Assembly: GCA_001785445.1 (NCBI GenBank) | Contig: MFTV01000009.1 | Coordinates: 1 to 61,500, forward strand | Source of the DNA: Candidatus Nomurabacteria bacterium RIFCSPHIGHO2_02_40_30 | GTDB lineage: Bacteria > Patescibacteriota > Minisyncoccia > Phycocordibacterales > UBA9973 | Direction of reading: 5' to 3' | Length of the DNA stretch: 61,500 nucleotides | Shown: positions 48,346 through 57,440 of the stretch, in pieces | Position numbering within the stretch: position 1 is the first letter of the stretch | Layout: the number at the start of each line of letters is the position of its first letter | Notes under the pieces: generated by a model | What the model was told of the DNA's origin: nothing | Databases searched by the model: none | Seen by the model: only the letters and a program-made list of their open reading frames with translations | Position numbers and translations under genes: made by a program

Positions 48346-48353
48346 ACCAATAC

Positions 48354-48362
48354 ATTATACCA
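48354..48362 (-). promoter_or_regulatory. Extended -10 (TGGTATAAT) ending 8 nt before pilin-2 ATG 48345
   Basis: The reverse complement of 48354-48362 is TGGTATAAT. Confidence 0.5.
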
Positions 48363-48375
48363 TACACACAAAAAC

Positions 48376-48405
48376 AAAAAACCACTCTTTGTAGAGTGGT
48401 TTTTT
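48376..48405 (-). terminator. Rho-independent terminator after the first (major) pilin gene
   Basis: AAAAAA-CCACTCT-TTGT-AGAGTGG-TTTTTT: a 7-bp stem with A/T runs on both sides, 25 nt after the pilin stop. Confidence 0.7.
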
Positions 48406-48429
48406 ATATGTAACTAAACTAAAACTGAA

Positions 48430-48906
48430 TTAGGGACAGTTTGTAGTAGTAGCAGGTCCTGTTTTGCCTGCTGAAACACCAGTTGAGTCAACACACCAGT
48501 ATGCACCTGCAGAATCTCCAGGTTTAAGTGGCATAGAAGCGGCCCAAGCTGATCCAGTGCCTATTGAAGAAAAACAGGCACCTCCTGCGCCAGCAGACGT
48601 AGCAGCTGCAATAATTGCGGCATTTATTGTTGTGTTAGCAAAAAGCGAACCTGCTGTTGGTGTCCAACCCGTTGCCGCACAAGCAGTAGTAGCATTTGCA
48701 GCAGTACCGTATGCATTAGGTGTCGCATCATATACAATTTCAGCTTGCGCACGAATATTTGCCAAGTTTGCCTTAATAGCGGCATTAGCGCCTTTTGCAC
48801 GAGCAGTATTTAGCGAAGCAAGCACTACTGAAGCCAAAATACCGATAATAGCCACCACGACCAAAAGTTCGATTAACGTAAAACCTTTTTTAAAATTCAT
48901 TTTCAT
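48430..48906 (-). CDS. pilA: Type IV major pilin (PilA-like)
   Basis: MKMNFKKGFTLIELLVVVAIIGILASVVLASLNTARAKG. It has four Cys in the Ala/Thr/Gly-rich globular part, and its own promoter and terminator. Confidence 0.88.
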   Translation of the reverse strand: MKMNFKKGFTLIELLVVVAIIGILASVVLASLNTARAKGANAAIKANLANIRAQAEIVYDATPNAYGTAANATTACAATGWTPTAGSLFANTTINAAIIAAATSAGAGGACFSSIGTGSAWAASMPLKPGDSAGAYWCVDSTGVSAGKTGPATTTNCP

Positions 48907-48964
48907 AATTTATAATTTTATTTTTATAATAATTTGTAATTTCGACTTATTTTTAATACCTCTT

Positions 48965-48973
48965 ATTATAACA
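48965..48973 (-). promoter_or_regulatory. Extended -10 (TGTTATAAT) for the major pilin gene
   Basis: The reverse complement of 48965-48973 is TGTTATAAT, about 58 nt upstream of ATG 48906. Confidence 0.5.
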
Positions 48974-48990
48974 TATACACAAGAAAGTTA

Positions 48991-49072
48991 TCCACAGGGT
49001 AGTGAGACTTGGCAAAGCACAGAGTGCGCTTGCGAAGCAAGCATTGCCAAGCTCTACTACCCTGTCCACAGG
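48991..49072. repeat. Long imperfect palindrome between pilC and pilA, flanked by the 8-nt direct repeat TCCACAGG
   Basis: CAGGGTAGTGAGACTTGGCAA (48995-49015) pairs with TTGCCAAGCTCTACTACCCTG (49044-49064) as 9 bp + internal loop + 8 bp. There is an inner GCTTGC-GAA-GCAAGC hairpin. TCCACAGG occurs at 48991-48998 and 49065-49072. Confidence 0.75.
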
Positions 49073-49078
49073 TCATTT

Positions 49079-50287
49079 TTAGCTTATCCCCCCAGCCAAG
49101 TTGTAAATAGGCATAAGCACAGATACCAAGAGAACCCCTACCCCAAGACCAAGAACCACTATCATTACCGGCTCAATCAGCCCGACCAAGGTATCTATAG
49201 CATCATCAACTTCACGTTTATAAAATTCGGCTAAGGTTTTTAAAATTGAGCCCAAAGCGCCTGTTTCCTCGCCAACTTTTATCATTTGCACCATAATACT
49301 TGGTATTTCTTCTTTGTGTTTTTCAAAGGTAGCGGACAAAACCAAACCTGACTTTATTCCATCGGCTACTTCTTTTAGAAGCTCTTTATACACCAAGCTG
49401 TCGACAACTTCAGCAGTAATGTCAATGGCTCTTACTATCGGAACTCCGGCGGAAAGCATTGTTTCCAAGTTATCTGTTATTCTGGAAAGATAAAGAGTTT
49501 TATATAGATTGCCTATTACCGGCATAGAAAGACGCATCCCATCAATATAAATTTTTCCTTTAGCTGTTGAAGACAAACGCCAAACCCAAACACCCAGAAG
49601 AACTAGAAAAATCAAAGCCAGAAAGCCGTAATTAACAAAAAAATCTGAAATTGCAATAACTATTTTGGTATACAGAGGAACTGTCTGACCCGAGTCCAAA
49701 ATAATTGCCGAAAGTTTCGGAATAACAACCACGAACATAAGAGTCATAACCACAAAAAAGGTGCCGATGACAAAAGCCGGATAAATGAGGGCGTTTCTGG
49801 TTTTGGAAGTTAGGGCATATTGACGGTCTAGATATTCTGACAAATGCAGAAAGGTTTGATTGAGTTTACCTGTTTCCTCGCCTACTCTTACCATATTTAC
49901 ATAGAAATTGGAAAATATATCCGGATGTTTGCTTAAAGCTCCAGAGATAGAAACTCCCGCTTGAAGGTCGTCGCCGATAGTAGTGAGCTTGCGAGCTAGA
50001 AGTTTATTTTCCGTATTAGTTGCCAGCAGATTAAAAGCTTTTAGAGCGGAAACTTGCGCCTCAAATAAAGTTGATATTTGACGCGAAAGTATAACTATAT
50101 TTTTGGTCGAGACTCTTTCAAACAAAGACATGGAGAAAATTGATTTATTCTCTCCTTCTTCTTTTATGGAAATCACAACAAGCCCCCTTCTCTGCAGTCC
50201 GCTAATGGCCATATCACGATTAGGAGCGTCAATTTCCCCTTCTTTATTTATTCCTCTGTCATCTACTGCTTTATATTTAAATAACAT
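49079..50287 (-). CDS. pilC: Type IV pilus platform protein PilC (GspF family)
   Basis: 402 aa with two GspF-type repeats (..EEGENKSIF.., ..MIKVGEETG..) and three TM segments. Confidence 0.9.
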   Translation of the reverse strand: MLFKYKAVDDRGINKEGEIDAPNRDMAISGLQRRGLVVISIKEEGENKSIFSMSLFERVSTKNIVILSRQISTLFEAQVSALKAFNLLATNTENKLLARKLTTIGDDLQAGVSISGALSKHPDIFSNFYVNMVRVGEETGKLNQTFLHLSEYLDRQYALTSKTRNALIYPAFVIGTFFVVMTLMFVVVIPKLSAIILDSGQTVPLYTKIVIAISDFFVNYGFLALIFLVLLGVWVWRLSSTAKGKIYIDGMRLSMPVIGNLYKTLYLSRITDNLETMLSAGVPIVRAIDITAEVVDSLVYKELLKEVADGIKSGLVLSATFEKHKEEIPSIMVQMIKVGEETGALGSILKTLAEFYKREVDDAIDTLVGLIEPVMIVVLGLGVGVLLVSVLMPIYNLAGGIS

Positions 50288-50293
50288 GGCTTT

Positions 50294-51352
50294 TTATATC
50301 ATCCGCTCAAGGCCTTGAGGATTAAGCGAGTACTGGTTCGCAGTTTCTATTGAGATTTCTCCGGAACGCACCAGCTCCATCAACGAGTGATTTAGGTCAA
50401 CCATTCCGGACTCGGCCCCAGTTTCTATAACTACATCTATCTCATGCGTGCGTTTTTCCCGAATTAAATTAGACACTGCATTATTATTTAAAAGTAGCTC
50501 ATACGCAGGTATAAGACCGCCGGTAATCTTCGGAACAAGCCTCTGGGAAAAAATACCGACCAAGCTGGCTGAAAGCTGGGATCGAATTTGGTCCTGTTGG
50601 TTACCTGGAAAAGAGTCGATGATTCTATCTATGGTTTGAGAGGCATTGTTAGTATGCAGAGTTGAAAATACTAAATGCCCTGTTTCAGCCGCAGTCACTG
50701 CAGTCGCTATGGTCTCCGGTGTACGCATTTCTCCAACCATTATCACATTCACGTCTTCACGGAATACTGACTTCAGAGCTATGTGAAAATCTTCGGTATC
50801 AATTCCAACCTCGCGTTGATTAATTATGGACTTATTAGGTATATATACATGTTCAATCGGGTCTTCAATGGTGATGATATTACGCGCCTGTTCGTTGTTT
50901 ATGATATCAATCATGGCAGACAAAGTAGTGGACTTGCCTTGACCAACCGGACCGACAACTAGGAAAAATCCCTGTTTCCTCCGCGCTATATCTCCCAGAA
51001 TCGGAGGCAAATGCAACTCCGTCAGAGTCTTTACTTTCGGCACTAGGCGAAAAACTACGTTGATCAGACCCTTTTGAAAGAAAGCATTGCCGCGCAGACG
51101 GGCTTCGCCGCGAAAATCGTAAGAAAAATCAGCTTCTTGATTTTCCATAAATTTACCGACTTTAGTTTTTTCTAACACTTCTCCTAAAACTCCGATCATA
51201 TCTTCTTTGGTCAGAACCGGATGTTTTACAAGAAAGATAAGCTCCCCTGAAACACGAATTACCGGCACCCGACCAGCACCCAAATGCAAATCAGAGCCAC
51301 CCTCGTGAATAACAGTCAAAATAAGTTCTTCTAGTTTGTGCTTATAGTCCAT
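50294..51352 (-). CDS. pilT: Type IV pilus retraction ATPase PilT
   Basis: 352 aa with Walker A GPVGQGKSTT, the Asp box, and the TGHLVFSTLHTNNA His box. Confidence 0.88.
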   Translation of the reverse strand: MDYKHKLEELILTVIHEGGSDLHLGAGRVPVIRVSGELIFLVKHPVLTKEDMIGVLGEVLEKTKVGKFMENQEADFSYDFRGEARLRGNAFFQKGLINVVFRLVPKVKTLTELHLPPILGDIARRKQGFFLVVGPVGQGKSTTLSAMIDIINNEQARNIITIEDPIEHVYIPNKSIINQREVGIDTEDFHIALKSVFREDVNVIMVGEMRTPETIATAVTAAETGHLVFSTLHTNNASQTIDRIIDSFPGNQQDQIRSQLSASLVGIFSQRLVPKITGGLIPAYELLLNNNAVSNLIREKRTHEIDVVIETGAESGMVDLNHSLMELVRSGEISIETANQYSLNPQGLERMI

Positions 51353-51354
51353 AA

Positions 51355-51759
51355 TTATTTTTTGGGAACTACAATTTTACTGGATAAAATATTTATTACT
51401 TGGTCGATTACTTCTGCTGGAGTAGAGTTCGCCTTGACTATGTAGCCCGCGACTCCAAGCGTGTTGCCTTTGTCGATATCTTTCTGCTCGCTTTTATTGG
51501 ACAAAATTATTTTGGTGGAATTTGGAGACAGATTATCTTGATTTATTTTTTCTAACATTTCAAAACCGTCCATTTCAGGCATAATTATATCTACCAAAAG
51601 AACTTCTGGGCTAAGTCCGCCCTTGATTTTTTCTATCGCTTGTAAACCATTGGTAGCTGTATAGACTTCAAAACTATTTTGGCTGAATTTAAGGGCATAC
51701 ATGTCCAAGAGAAAATTGTCGTCATCAACTATTAAAATTTTTCTTTTTTCTCCTTCCAT
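51355..51759 (-). CDS. Receiver-only response regulator (CheY/PilH-like)
   Basis: ILIVDDDNF.., phospho-acceptor context LLVDIIMPEMDGFE, and ..ILSNKS..; 134 aa with no output domain. Confidence 0.85.
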   Translation of the reverse strand: MEGEKRKILIVDDDNFLLDMYALKFSQNSFEVYTATNGLQAIEKIKGGLSPEVLLVDIIMPEMDGFEMLEKINQDNLSPNSTKIILSNKSEQKDIDKGNTLGVAGYIVKANSTPAEVIDQVINILSSKIVVPKK

Positions 51760-51835
51760 CCCGTTAGAAATTTATATTAACTAGTAATGCTTTTCGACAG
51801 CCCGTTTTAAATATTTTCGTTATTTCTAACGGGAT
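51758..51835 (-). promoter_or_regulatory. Inverted-repeat bracket C: ATCCCGTTAGAAAT ... ATTTCTAACGGGAT(G)
   Basis: Arms at 51822-51835 and 51758-51771 are perfect 14-nt complements. The proximal arm ends on the response-regulator ATG (51759). A degenerate third arm-like copy AGCCCGTTTTAAAT lies at about 51799-51812. Confidence 0.8.
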
Positions 51836-51883
51836 CCATATATTATAATTATACTACTAAAATTATTTATAAACAATAGACTG

Positions 51884-53635
51884 CTACTCATTCTCATTGC
51901 TAAAATTATACACTTCCGTGAAAGGGATGATCCCTTCTATAGACTTAAGCATGGCGTCTTCTCTCATCATGAGCATGCCATGGCTCCGAGCCACTTTATA
52001 GATTGCTCCGTTGGTGGGAGTTTTTAATATTACATTCTGCATTTCTTTATCTATTTTGAACATTTCAAAAACAGCAATACGGCCACGGGTGCCGGAAGGA
52101 CACTCGCTCGATGGCACCGTATCGTACATTTGACCCATCTTACCTTCGCCTCCAATTGCTTTTTTAAATTCAGCCGGCAAATCTTTCATTTGCTCTTCAA
52201 TTTGAAGCTTAATGCTTGGGTCCATTGGTACAAGTTTTCGTGAAGTAGCGCAAGTCATTCGAGCCAGACGCTGGGCAACCGAGAGTATCAAAGTCGGCGC
52301 AATCAAATATGGGTCAACCCCCATGTCCACCAAGCGGGGCACTGCTCCAATGGCATTATTGGTATGCAGTGTCGAAATAACAAGATGCCCAGTCAAAGCC
52401 GCTTGAATGGCAAGCTGGGCTGTTTCTTTGTCGCGAATTTCTCCAACCATGATTATGTCTGGGTCTTGGCGGAGAATAGAACGAAGTCCGGAAGCAAAAG
52501 TATAGCCTATCTCCGGCATCATCTGTGACTGGTTAATATCAGGCATATGATACTCCACCGGATCTTCTAGGGAAACGATGTTGCTTTTTTCTTTATCAAG
52601 TTCATTCATCATCGAATACAAGGTGGTTGACTTTCCAGAGCCGGTAGGGCCGGTAATTAAAATAAGACCGTAAGGTTTCTTTAATGCTTCTTTGATTAAA
52701 TTTAAATTTGTCTCTGACAAACCCAGCTGGTTGAGCGGCTTAACTCCTTTTTCGGAATCAAGTATTCGCATAACGGCTTTCTCGCCGTAATATGCGGGCA
52801 TCGTAGAAACACGAAAATCAACTTTGCGTCCGTCAAAATTCGCCGAAAACGAACCATCTTGGGGCTTCCTTTTTTCGTCTAAGCGCAATTTAGCCAGAAT
52901 TTTTATACGAGCAATGACTCCGCTATAGACATTCGGCGGCAATACTATGCTGGTATATAGAGCTCCATCCACCCGAAAACGCACTTTCACTTTTTCTCCC
53001 GTATATTCAATGTGTATGTCGGAAGCATTTCCTTCTATGGCGTTGCGCAATATAACAGCGACTATTTTTATGACTGGCGCATCTTCCACTATTTTCGCTT
53101 CTTCAGGTTTTATTTTTTTTATTTCTTTGCTTAAGTTGTCTTCGCTCAACTTAGAGTCAAGTATTTCGTCCTGATTAAGCTGGTTCAGCGCTTCTTCTAC
53201 TTGACTAGACAGACCTTTATAACTGTCCAGAATAGTTTGATAGTCACTTTTAGAAATCAGATATATTTTGAAGGGAATGCCAAGCTTTACAGAAATAAAC
53301 TGTAGAGCATCCATGGCTTGTATGTTTTCTGGATCAGTAACCCCAACTTGGAGCACTCCGTCGTGTAATTCAATGGGTACAAAGTGATAATGCATTGCTG
53401 AATCTTCAGAAATATACTTGAGAGCATCAAAGGAAGTCTGCCCTGCATTTATTTTCTTTATGGGCATAGTTAAATATTCTCCTTTTACCTCAAGAATTTT
53501 TTCTCCTGAAACACCAGACTCAAGTAAGGCTTCATCAATATCGCCGTTGTACTTCTCGGTGGCGCGACTTTTGATCTCACCTATCTGGCTCTCTTTGATT
53601 ACGCCCTTTTTTGCCAATTCTTCTAAAAAACTCAT
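51884..53635 (-). CDS. pilB: Type IV pilus assembly ATPase PilB (GspE family)
   Basis: N-terminal T2SSE_N-like domain, Walker A GPTGSGKSTTLYSM, the TGHLVISTLHTNNA His box, and a Cys cluster. Confidence 0.92.
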   Translation of the reverse strand: MSFLEELAKKGVIKESQIGEIKSRATEKYNGDIDEALLESGVSGEKILEVKGEYLTMPIKKINAGQTSFDALKYISEDSAMHYHFVPIELHDGVLQVGVTDPENIQAMDALQFISVKLGIPFKIYLISKSDYQTILDSYKGLSSQVEEALNQLNQDEILDSKLSEDNLSKEIKKIKPEEAKIVEDAPVIKIVAVILRNAIEGNASDIHIEYTGEKVKVRFRVDGALYTSIVLPPNVYSGVIARIKILAKLRLDEKRKPQDGSFSANFDGRKVDFRVSTMPAYYGEKAVMRILDSEKGVKPLNQLGLSETNLNLIKEALKKPYGLILITGPTGSGKSTTLYSMMNELDKEKSNIVSLEDPVEYHMPDINQSQMMPEIGYTFASGLRSILRQDPDIIMVGEIRDKETAQLAIQAALTGHLVISTLHTNNAIGAVPRLVDMGVDPYLIAPTLILSVAQRLARMTCATSRKLVPMDPSIKLQIEEQMKDLPAEFKKAIGGEGKMGQMYDTVPSSECPSGTRGRIAVFEMFKIDKEMQNVILKTPTNGAIYKVARSHGMLMMREDAMLKSIEGIIPFTEVYNFSNENE

Positions 53636-53642
53636 AAGTAAA

Positions 53643-54029
53643 TTAATTCCCTCCAGCTCCTAGCGGTACTGTAGAGTTTGTATTCGTGAATGTTGCGCTG
53701 TCACTTCCAAGCGGAGCAAATGGATTAGCCCTTCCCTCACTGCCATCTGGTGTAAGGGTAATACTAGAATCATGCAGACTGGTGAAAGCAATATCCGATA
53801 AAATAGCATCATTTAACCTTATGTTTTTAACATTTAAAAGTAGCGAGAGGAAGTCGCCGGCAATTATTGAATTGGCATCAAGATTGTTTGTGTCTGGATT
53901 TGTGGAAACTAGAGGGGAAGAAACAACCAGAGAGCCTGGATCGGGAGATTTTTTTATAAAAAAAACATAAACTAGAATTAGAGTTCCGCCGACTGCTACC
54001 AATATTATTATGTTTTTTATTTTTGACAT
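53643..54029 (-). CDS. Small TM-anchored pilus-locus protein (PilP-like position, RANPF motif)
   Basis: N-terminal TM helix and C-terminal ..GRANPFAPL.., located between the PilO-like gene and pilB. Confidence 0.35.
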   Translation of the reverse strand: MSKIKNIIILVAVGGTLILVYVFFIKKSPDPGSLVVSSPLVSTNPDTNNLDANSIIAGDFLSLLLNVKNIRLNDAILSDIAFTSLHDSSITLTPDGSEGRANPFAPLGSDSATFTNTNSTVPLGAGGN

Positions 54030-54033
54030 TTTT

Positions 54034-54630
54034 TTAATTTTTTAACCAGTAAGTTTTGATTTTGAAAGTATATTTATAAAATGGTATGGCTGGGGTAGAT
54101 GAATTCACCCTTGTATCTGTTGATATGAAATCGATCGATGATATGTCAACAATTCGAAGGTTACTTTCCAAGTCTTTCGTAAAATTAATAAAATTATTAT
54201 AAGACCCTTCTGTAGAAAATTCCAAATTCCAAATTCCATAATCTTTGTTCGCGGCTAGAGCGGCAGCCCCCCCCTGAATTGACACACCTACTGTCGCCGG
54301 TTTTTTCTCTGTGGCATTGTACTTTACATCTCGAAGCACCATACCGTAAGGCAATGCTATTTTTTCTATTTCAAGAATCAACCGAATATTGTCAATGCTC
54401 TCTGGTAGGAGTTTTTGTAATTTTGCTAAATTATCGGGGTCAATAGAGTTATATTTAGCGGTCAACTTGTCTCTTTCATTTTCAAGGGCTTTAGAATTAT
54501 CAAGCGCTTCGTTATAAGAAGCAACTTCGGCGCGAAGCTCGGATATATCTTTGTAGACAGGATTGGTGAACATGAAAAAAGTCGTGACTGCAATTCCTAT
54601 TAAAATAACTGGCATAATAAATCTAAACAT
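54034..54630 (-). CDS. PilO-like pilus assembly protein
   Basis: TM helix then a coiled coil (DISELRAEVASYNEALDNSKALENERDKL), which is PilO-like topology and position. Confidence 0.45.
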   Translation of the reverse strand: MFRFIMPVILIGIAVTTFFMFTNPVYKDISELRAEVASYNEALDNSKALENERDKLTAKYNSIDPDNLAKLQKLLPESIDNIRLILEIEKIALPYGMVLRDVKYNATEKKPATVGVSIQGGAAALAANKDYGIWNLEFSTEGSYNNFINFTKDLESNLRIVDISSIDFISTDTRVNSSTPAIPFYKYTFKIKTYWLKN

Positions 54631-54641
54631 AATAAATATAG

Positions 54642-55265
54642 TTAGGGAGTAAATACTTCTCCGTTTTCGTTATTTTCTGTTAAAAGAACCTGTTTGTAAT
54701 CAATAAAAGAAGGGTCAACTGAAAAGTCTAAATCAAAGAGAACATTACCGCTATTATCAAGAGCAAGATTAGAAAAAACAGGGTCAACAAAATGCTTGTT
54801 CTTGGTAAAAAGATCTGACTGCAGGGCAATGGAGCGATAGCCAATTGCTTGACCGCTCATTTTTACGTTCACTTTCGCATTTTTTTCATCTCCAAAAATA
54901 TAACTGAACTTGGTGTAACGAACTGTTTTCATCGTGGAAGTTTGAAGCTCTTGGAAGATAGGAGAAACAGCTATATGCTTCGAAAGAATCTCGCTCGATG
55001 CCCGCAAACGTTTATCCAAAACTTGGAGTTGAGTTATCTTGGAAGGTTCAAAGCGATTTTTCGCTAAATTTAGGTCATTTTTCATGACCGCGATATTCTT
55101 TGAAATATTTGCCTTATACAGATAAAGACCACCGGTGGCTAAAACGATGGTAAAAAAAATAAAAATAGAAATAACAAAGAAAAAACCGACCGGACGCGCT
55201 GTAATAGCTCGCTCTTCTATCATGGGCTTTTTAGGTATAAATGATGTTTGAAAATTTTGCTCCAT
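54642..55265 (-). CDS. PilN-like pilus assembly protein
   Basis: A short cytoplasmic N-terminus, one TM helix and a periplasmic/extracellular domain. It lies immediately downstream of pilM. Confidence 0.45.
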   Translation of the reverse strand: MEQNFQTSFIPKKPMIEERAITARPVGFFFVISIFIFFTIVLATGGLYLYKANISKNIAVMKNDLNLAKNRFEPSKITQLQVLDKRLRASSEILSKHIAVSPIFQELQTSTMKTVRYTKFSYIFGDEKNAKVNVKMSGQAIGYRSIALQSDLFTKNKHFVDPVFSNLALDNSGNVLFDLDFSVDPSFIDYKQVLLTENNENGEVFTP

Positions 55266-55333
55266 TCTGCCCTTTAATTATATTACAAAAGCAACTTTTA
55301 ACGAAGTAAAATGTGTATAACTTTCTCCAGTAT

Positions 55334-56473
55334 TTACTGTAATTTTCTCAAGGCGAGACCGAGGGCAACCGCAAATTCCGGGCCCATAGAAAGAAGAACT
55401 TTTTCTAAAAATGCCGGAGCGCTGACTTTAGAAAATGGATGCCCGATTTCTATTTCGGCTCTGAAATTGTTGGCCGCTACCTCGGAGAGCCCCTTGAGGA
55501 GCGCCCCGCCGCCGGTAAATATAACCTTATTTATGGTTCTATTGTGTTTTTTTTCATACCCTAGCAATACATTATTAGCTTCGGAAAATATATAATCTAT
55601 ATGCACTTTAATGATATCAGGCAAACTTTTTTCTGCGCCATTGCCAAAAAGACCAAATTCTTTTTTCATCTTCTCCGCCTCGGAAAAAGGAATGCTTAAA
55701 GATTGTGAGATGGCTTGCGTTATATCCGCTCCTCCCCGCTCTATGGTGTGATAGCCTCGGACCATGCCAAATTCCACAATAGAAAGCTTAGTCCGCGATG
55801 CGCCAAGGTCTAATAGAAGTACAGGGGAAAGTTCGTGTTCAAAATTAGACCTTATGGAAGAAAATATTTCAATTTCAAAAAAAGAAGCAGCTAGTCTGCA
55901 CTGCGAAACGATGGAACGATATTTGGAAACTGCGTCATTTTGGGTCGCGACCACCAGCACTGTCTTTTTATCTTTCGGCTTTGGGGGAGCGTCAGCATTG
56001 CTCACTTCTGTATTCATCTCCTCGAAAGATAATTCTCTTTCCGGTAGGATAAAATAATCCAAAGAAACTTCTGTGATTGGAACCGGAATATATTTGCGGG
56101 CTTCTGTCGGCACAATGGATGATATTTCAGCCTCTTTTACCTGATAAGGAAGTTCGATGGTAAAGACCAAGCTTGACTGCACAGGAATAGCAAATGCTCC
56201 TCCCGTACTAGTTACCCCGGACTGTTTCAGCACTTCTTTCAAAGCCTCGACTGTTTTGTCAACCGGAAGATTAGTAACAGTTCCCGCATCAAGACTGTCG
56301 TATGGGCCGAGGGCTATGGCCCCGTAGGTTTCAAGGATTGCTTTGCCTGCTTTTTTTCTAATCTCCACCACTTTAATGGACGAAGAACCGATATCAATAC
56401 CGACAGCACTATCTTCTGTGCCAGCGGCAAAATTGGTAATTCTAGAAAAAAAATTTTTAAACGGATTATTCAT
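55334..56473 (-). CDS. pilM: Type IV pilus assembly protein PilM (actin-like ATPase fold)
   Basis: AVGIDIGSSSIKVVEI, LLDLGASRTKLSIV and FTGGGALLKGL are FtsA/PilM-type motifs. Confidence 0.85.
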   Translation of the reverse strand: MNNPFKNFFSRITNFAAGTEDSAVGIDIGSSSIKVVEIRKKAGKAILETYGAIALGPYDSLDAGTVTNLPVDKTVEALKEVLKQSGVTSTGGAFAIPVQSSLVFTIELPYQVKEAEISSIVPTEARKYIPVPITEVSLDYFILPERELSFEEMNTEVSNADAPPKPKDKKTVLVVATQNDAVSKYRSIVSQCRLAASFFEIEIFSSIRSNFEHELSPVLLLDLGASRTKLSIVEFGMVRGYHTIERGGADITQAISQSLSIPFSEAEKMKKEFGLFGNGAEKSLPDIIKVHIDYIFSEANNVLLGYEKKHNRTINKVIFTGGGALLKGLSEVAANNFRAEIEIGHPFSKVSAPAFLEKVLLSMGPEFAVALGLALRKLQ

Positions 56474-56523
56474 TAATCTATTGAATTTATGCTAAAATAC
56501 TCCTTAAGTATAGCATATACGTG

Positions 56524-56589
56524 TCCCGTTAGAAATACACTATGCTTCAAATAAACTACAAAACATTATTAGTAAAATTTCTAATGGGA
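56524..56589 (+). promoter_or_regulatory. Inverted-repeat bracket D: TCCCGTTAGAAAT ... ATTTCTAATGGGA(TG)
   Basis: Arms at 56524-56536 and 56577-56589. The single difference (C to T in the proximal arm) gives a G-U pair on the comF sense strand only. The proximal arm ends on ATG 56589. Confidence 0.75.
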
Positions 56590-57263
56590 TGCTTTTTTTA
56601 AACACTATATTGGATATAATTTTCCCAGTGAAATGCCTATCGTGTGGTTATGCTGGAGTGGATTTGTGTTTGGTGTGCACTTCAAATTTTCCACAAGCAG
56701 AACGTGAAAACGCCAAGTGGATTTTCTCTTTTTTCGATTATCGCCACCCACCGCTCAAAAAAGCCTTGTGGCTCTTAAAATATAAAGGCAAAAAAAGACT
56801 GGCAAATATTTTTGCAGAACTTATGTACGGTAAAATTTTAGAAGAACTATCCGACCTGGCTATAATGCAAAATTTTCGTGAATCACTTTTAATTCCAATT
56901 CCCCTCTCACCTAAAAGGTACAGGGAACGTGGTTACAACCAAGCAGAATTGATCTGTGAAAAATTGGTGGAGCTAGACAGGAATATTAATTTCAAATTAG
57001 AAAAAAATGTTTTAATCAAAAATAAAGAAACAAAGCACCAAGCGCATATAAAAAACCGCAGTGAAAGACTGAAGAATCTTATTGGCTCTTTCACCATAAA
57101 AAGTAGTAAGCAAAATGCAAAGGAAAATATAAGTATTATAAAAGGCAGAAACATCATCCTGATAGATGACATTACCACCACTGGCGCCACCTTAAATGAA
57201 GCAAAAAAGACTTTAAAGCAAGCCGGCGCGAGAAAAATAATCGCTTTCACCGTGGCGCATTAA
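56589..57263 (+). CDS. comF: ComF-family protein (ComFC-like phosphoribosyltransferase fold)
   Basis: N-terminal zinc finger CLSCG..CLVC, LIPIPLSPKRYRERGYNQAELI, and the PRT motif ILIDDITTTGATL. Confidence 0.85.
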   Translation: MLFLNTILDIIFPVKCLSCGYAGVDLCLVCTSNFPQAERENAKWIFSFFDYRHPPLKKALWLLKYKGKKRLANIFAELMYGKILEELSDLAIMQNFRESLLIPIPLSPKRYRERGYNQAELICEKLVELDRNINFKLEKNVLIKNKETKHQAHIKNRSERLKNLIGSFTIKSSKQNAKENISIIKGRNIILIDDITTTGATLNEAKKTLKQAGARKIIAFTVAH

Positions 57264-57278
57264 AGTTAACATTTATTA

Positions 57279-57287
57279 TGCTATAAT
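57279..57287 (+). promoter_or_regulatory. Extended -10 (TGCTATAAT) ending 6 nt before the small-ORF ATG
   Basis: TGCTATAAT is at 57279-57287, then actaga, then ATG 57294. Confidence 0.45.
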
Positions 57288-57293
57288 ACTAGA

Positions 57294-57437
57294 ATGGAAA
57301 AGAAATCGAAAGTTTTAGTATTAATTTTTCTGGTCGCTATCCTTGTTTCTATTTTTCTTGTTTATAAAAGATCCTTTGTGGACAAGGACTTTATTATTGA
57401 AGAAACAACAGAAGAGATAGTGGAAGAAATGGAATAA
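57294..57437 (+). CDS. Unlisted 47-aa single-TM ORF (MEKKSKVLVLIFLVAILVSIFLVYKRSF..EEIVEEME)
   Basis: I translated this by hand. It is below the ORF-track size cutoff, fills the comF/EamA gap exactly, and ends 3 nt before the next ATG. Confidence 0.35.
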   Translation: MEKKSKVLVLIFLVAILVSIFLVYKRSFVDKDFIIEETTEEIVEEME

Positions 57438-57440
57438 TTT

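Noticed and set aside
48464-49234. 256-aa + strand ORF spanning the pilin, the intergenic palindrome and the end of pilC
   Set aside because: It is antisense to two well-supported genes and runs straight through a promoter/terminator-containing spacer. Its sequence is low-complexity Ala/Val-rich, mirroring the Ala/Thr-rich pilin.
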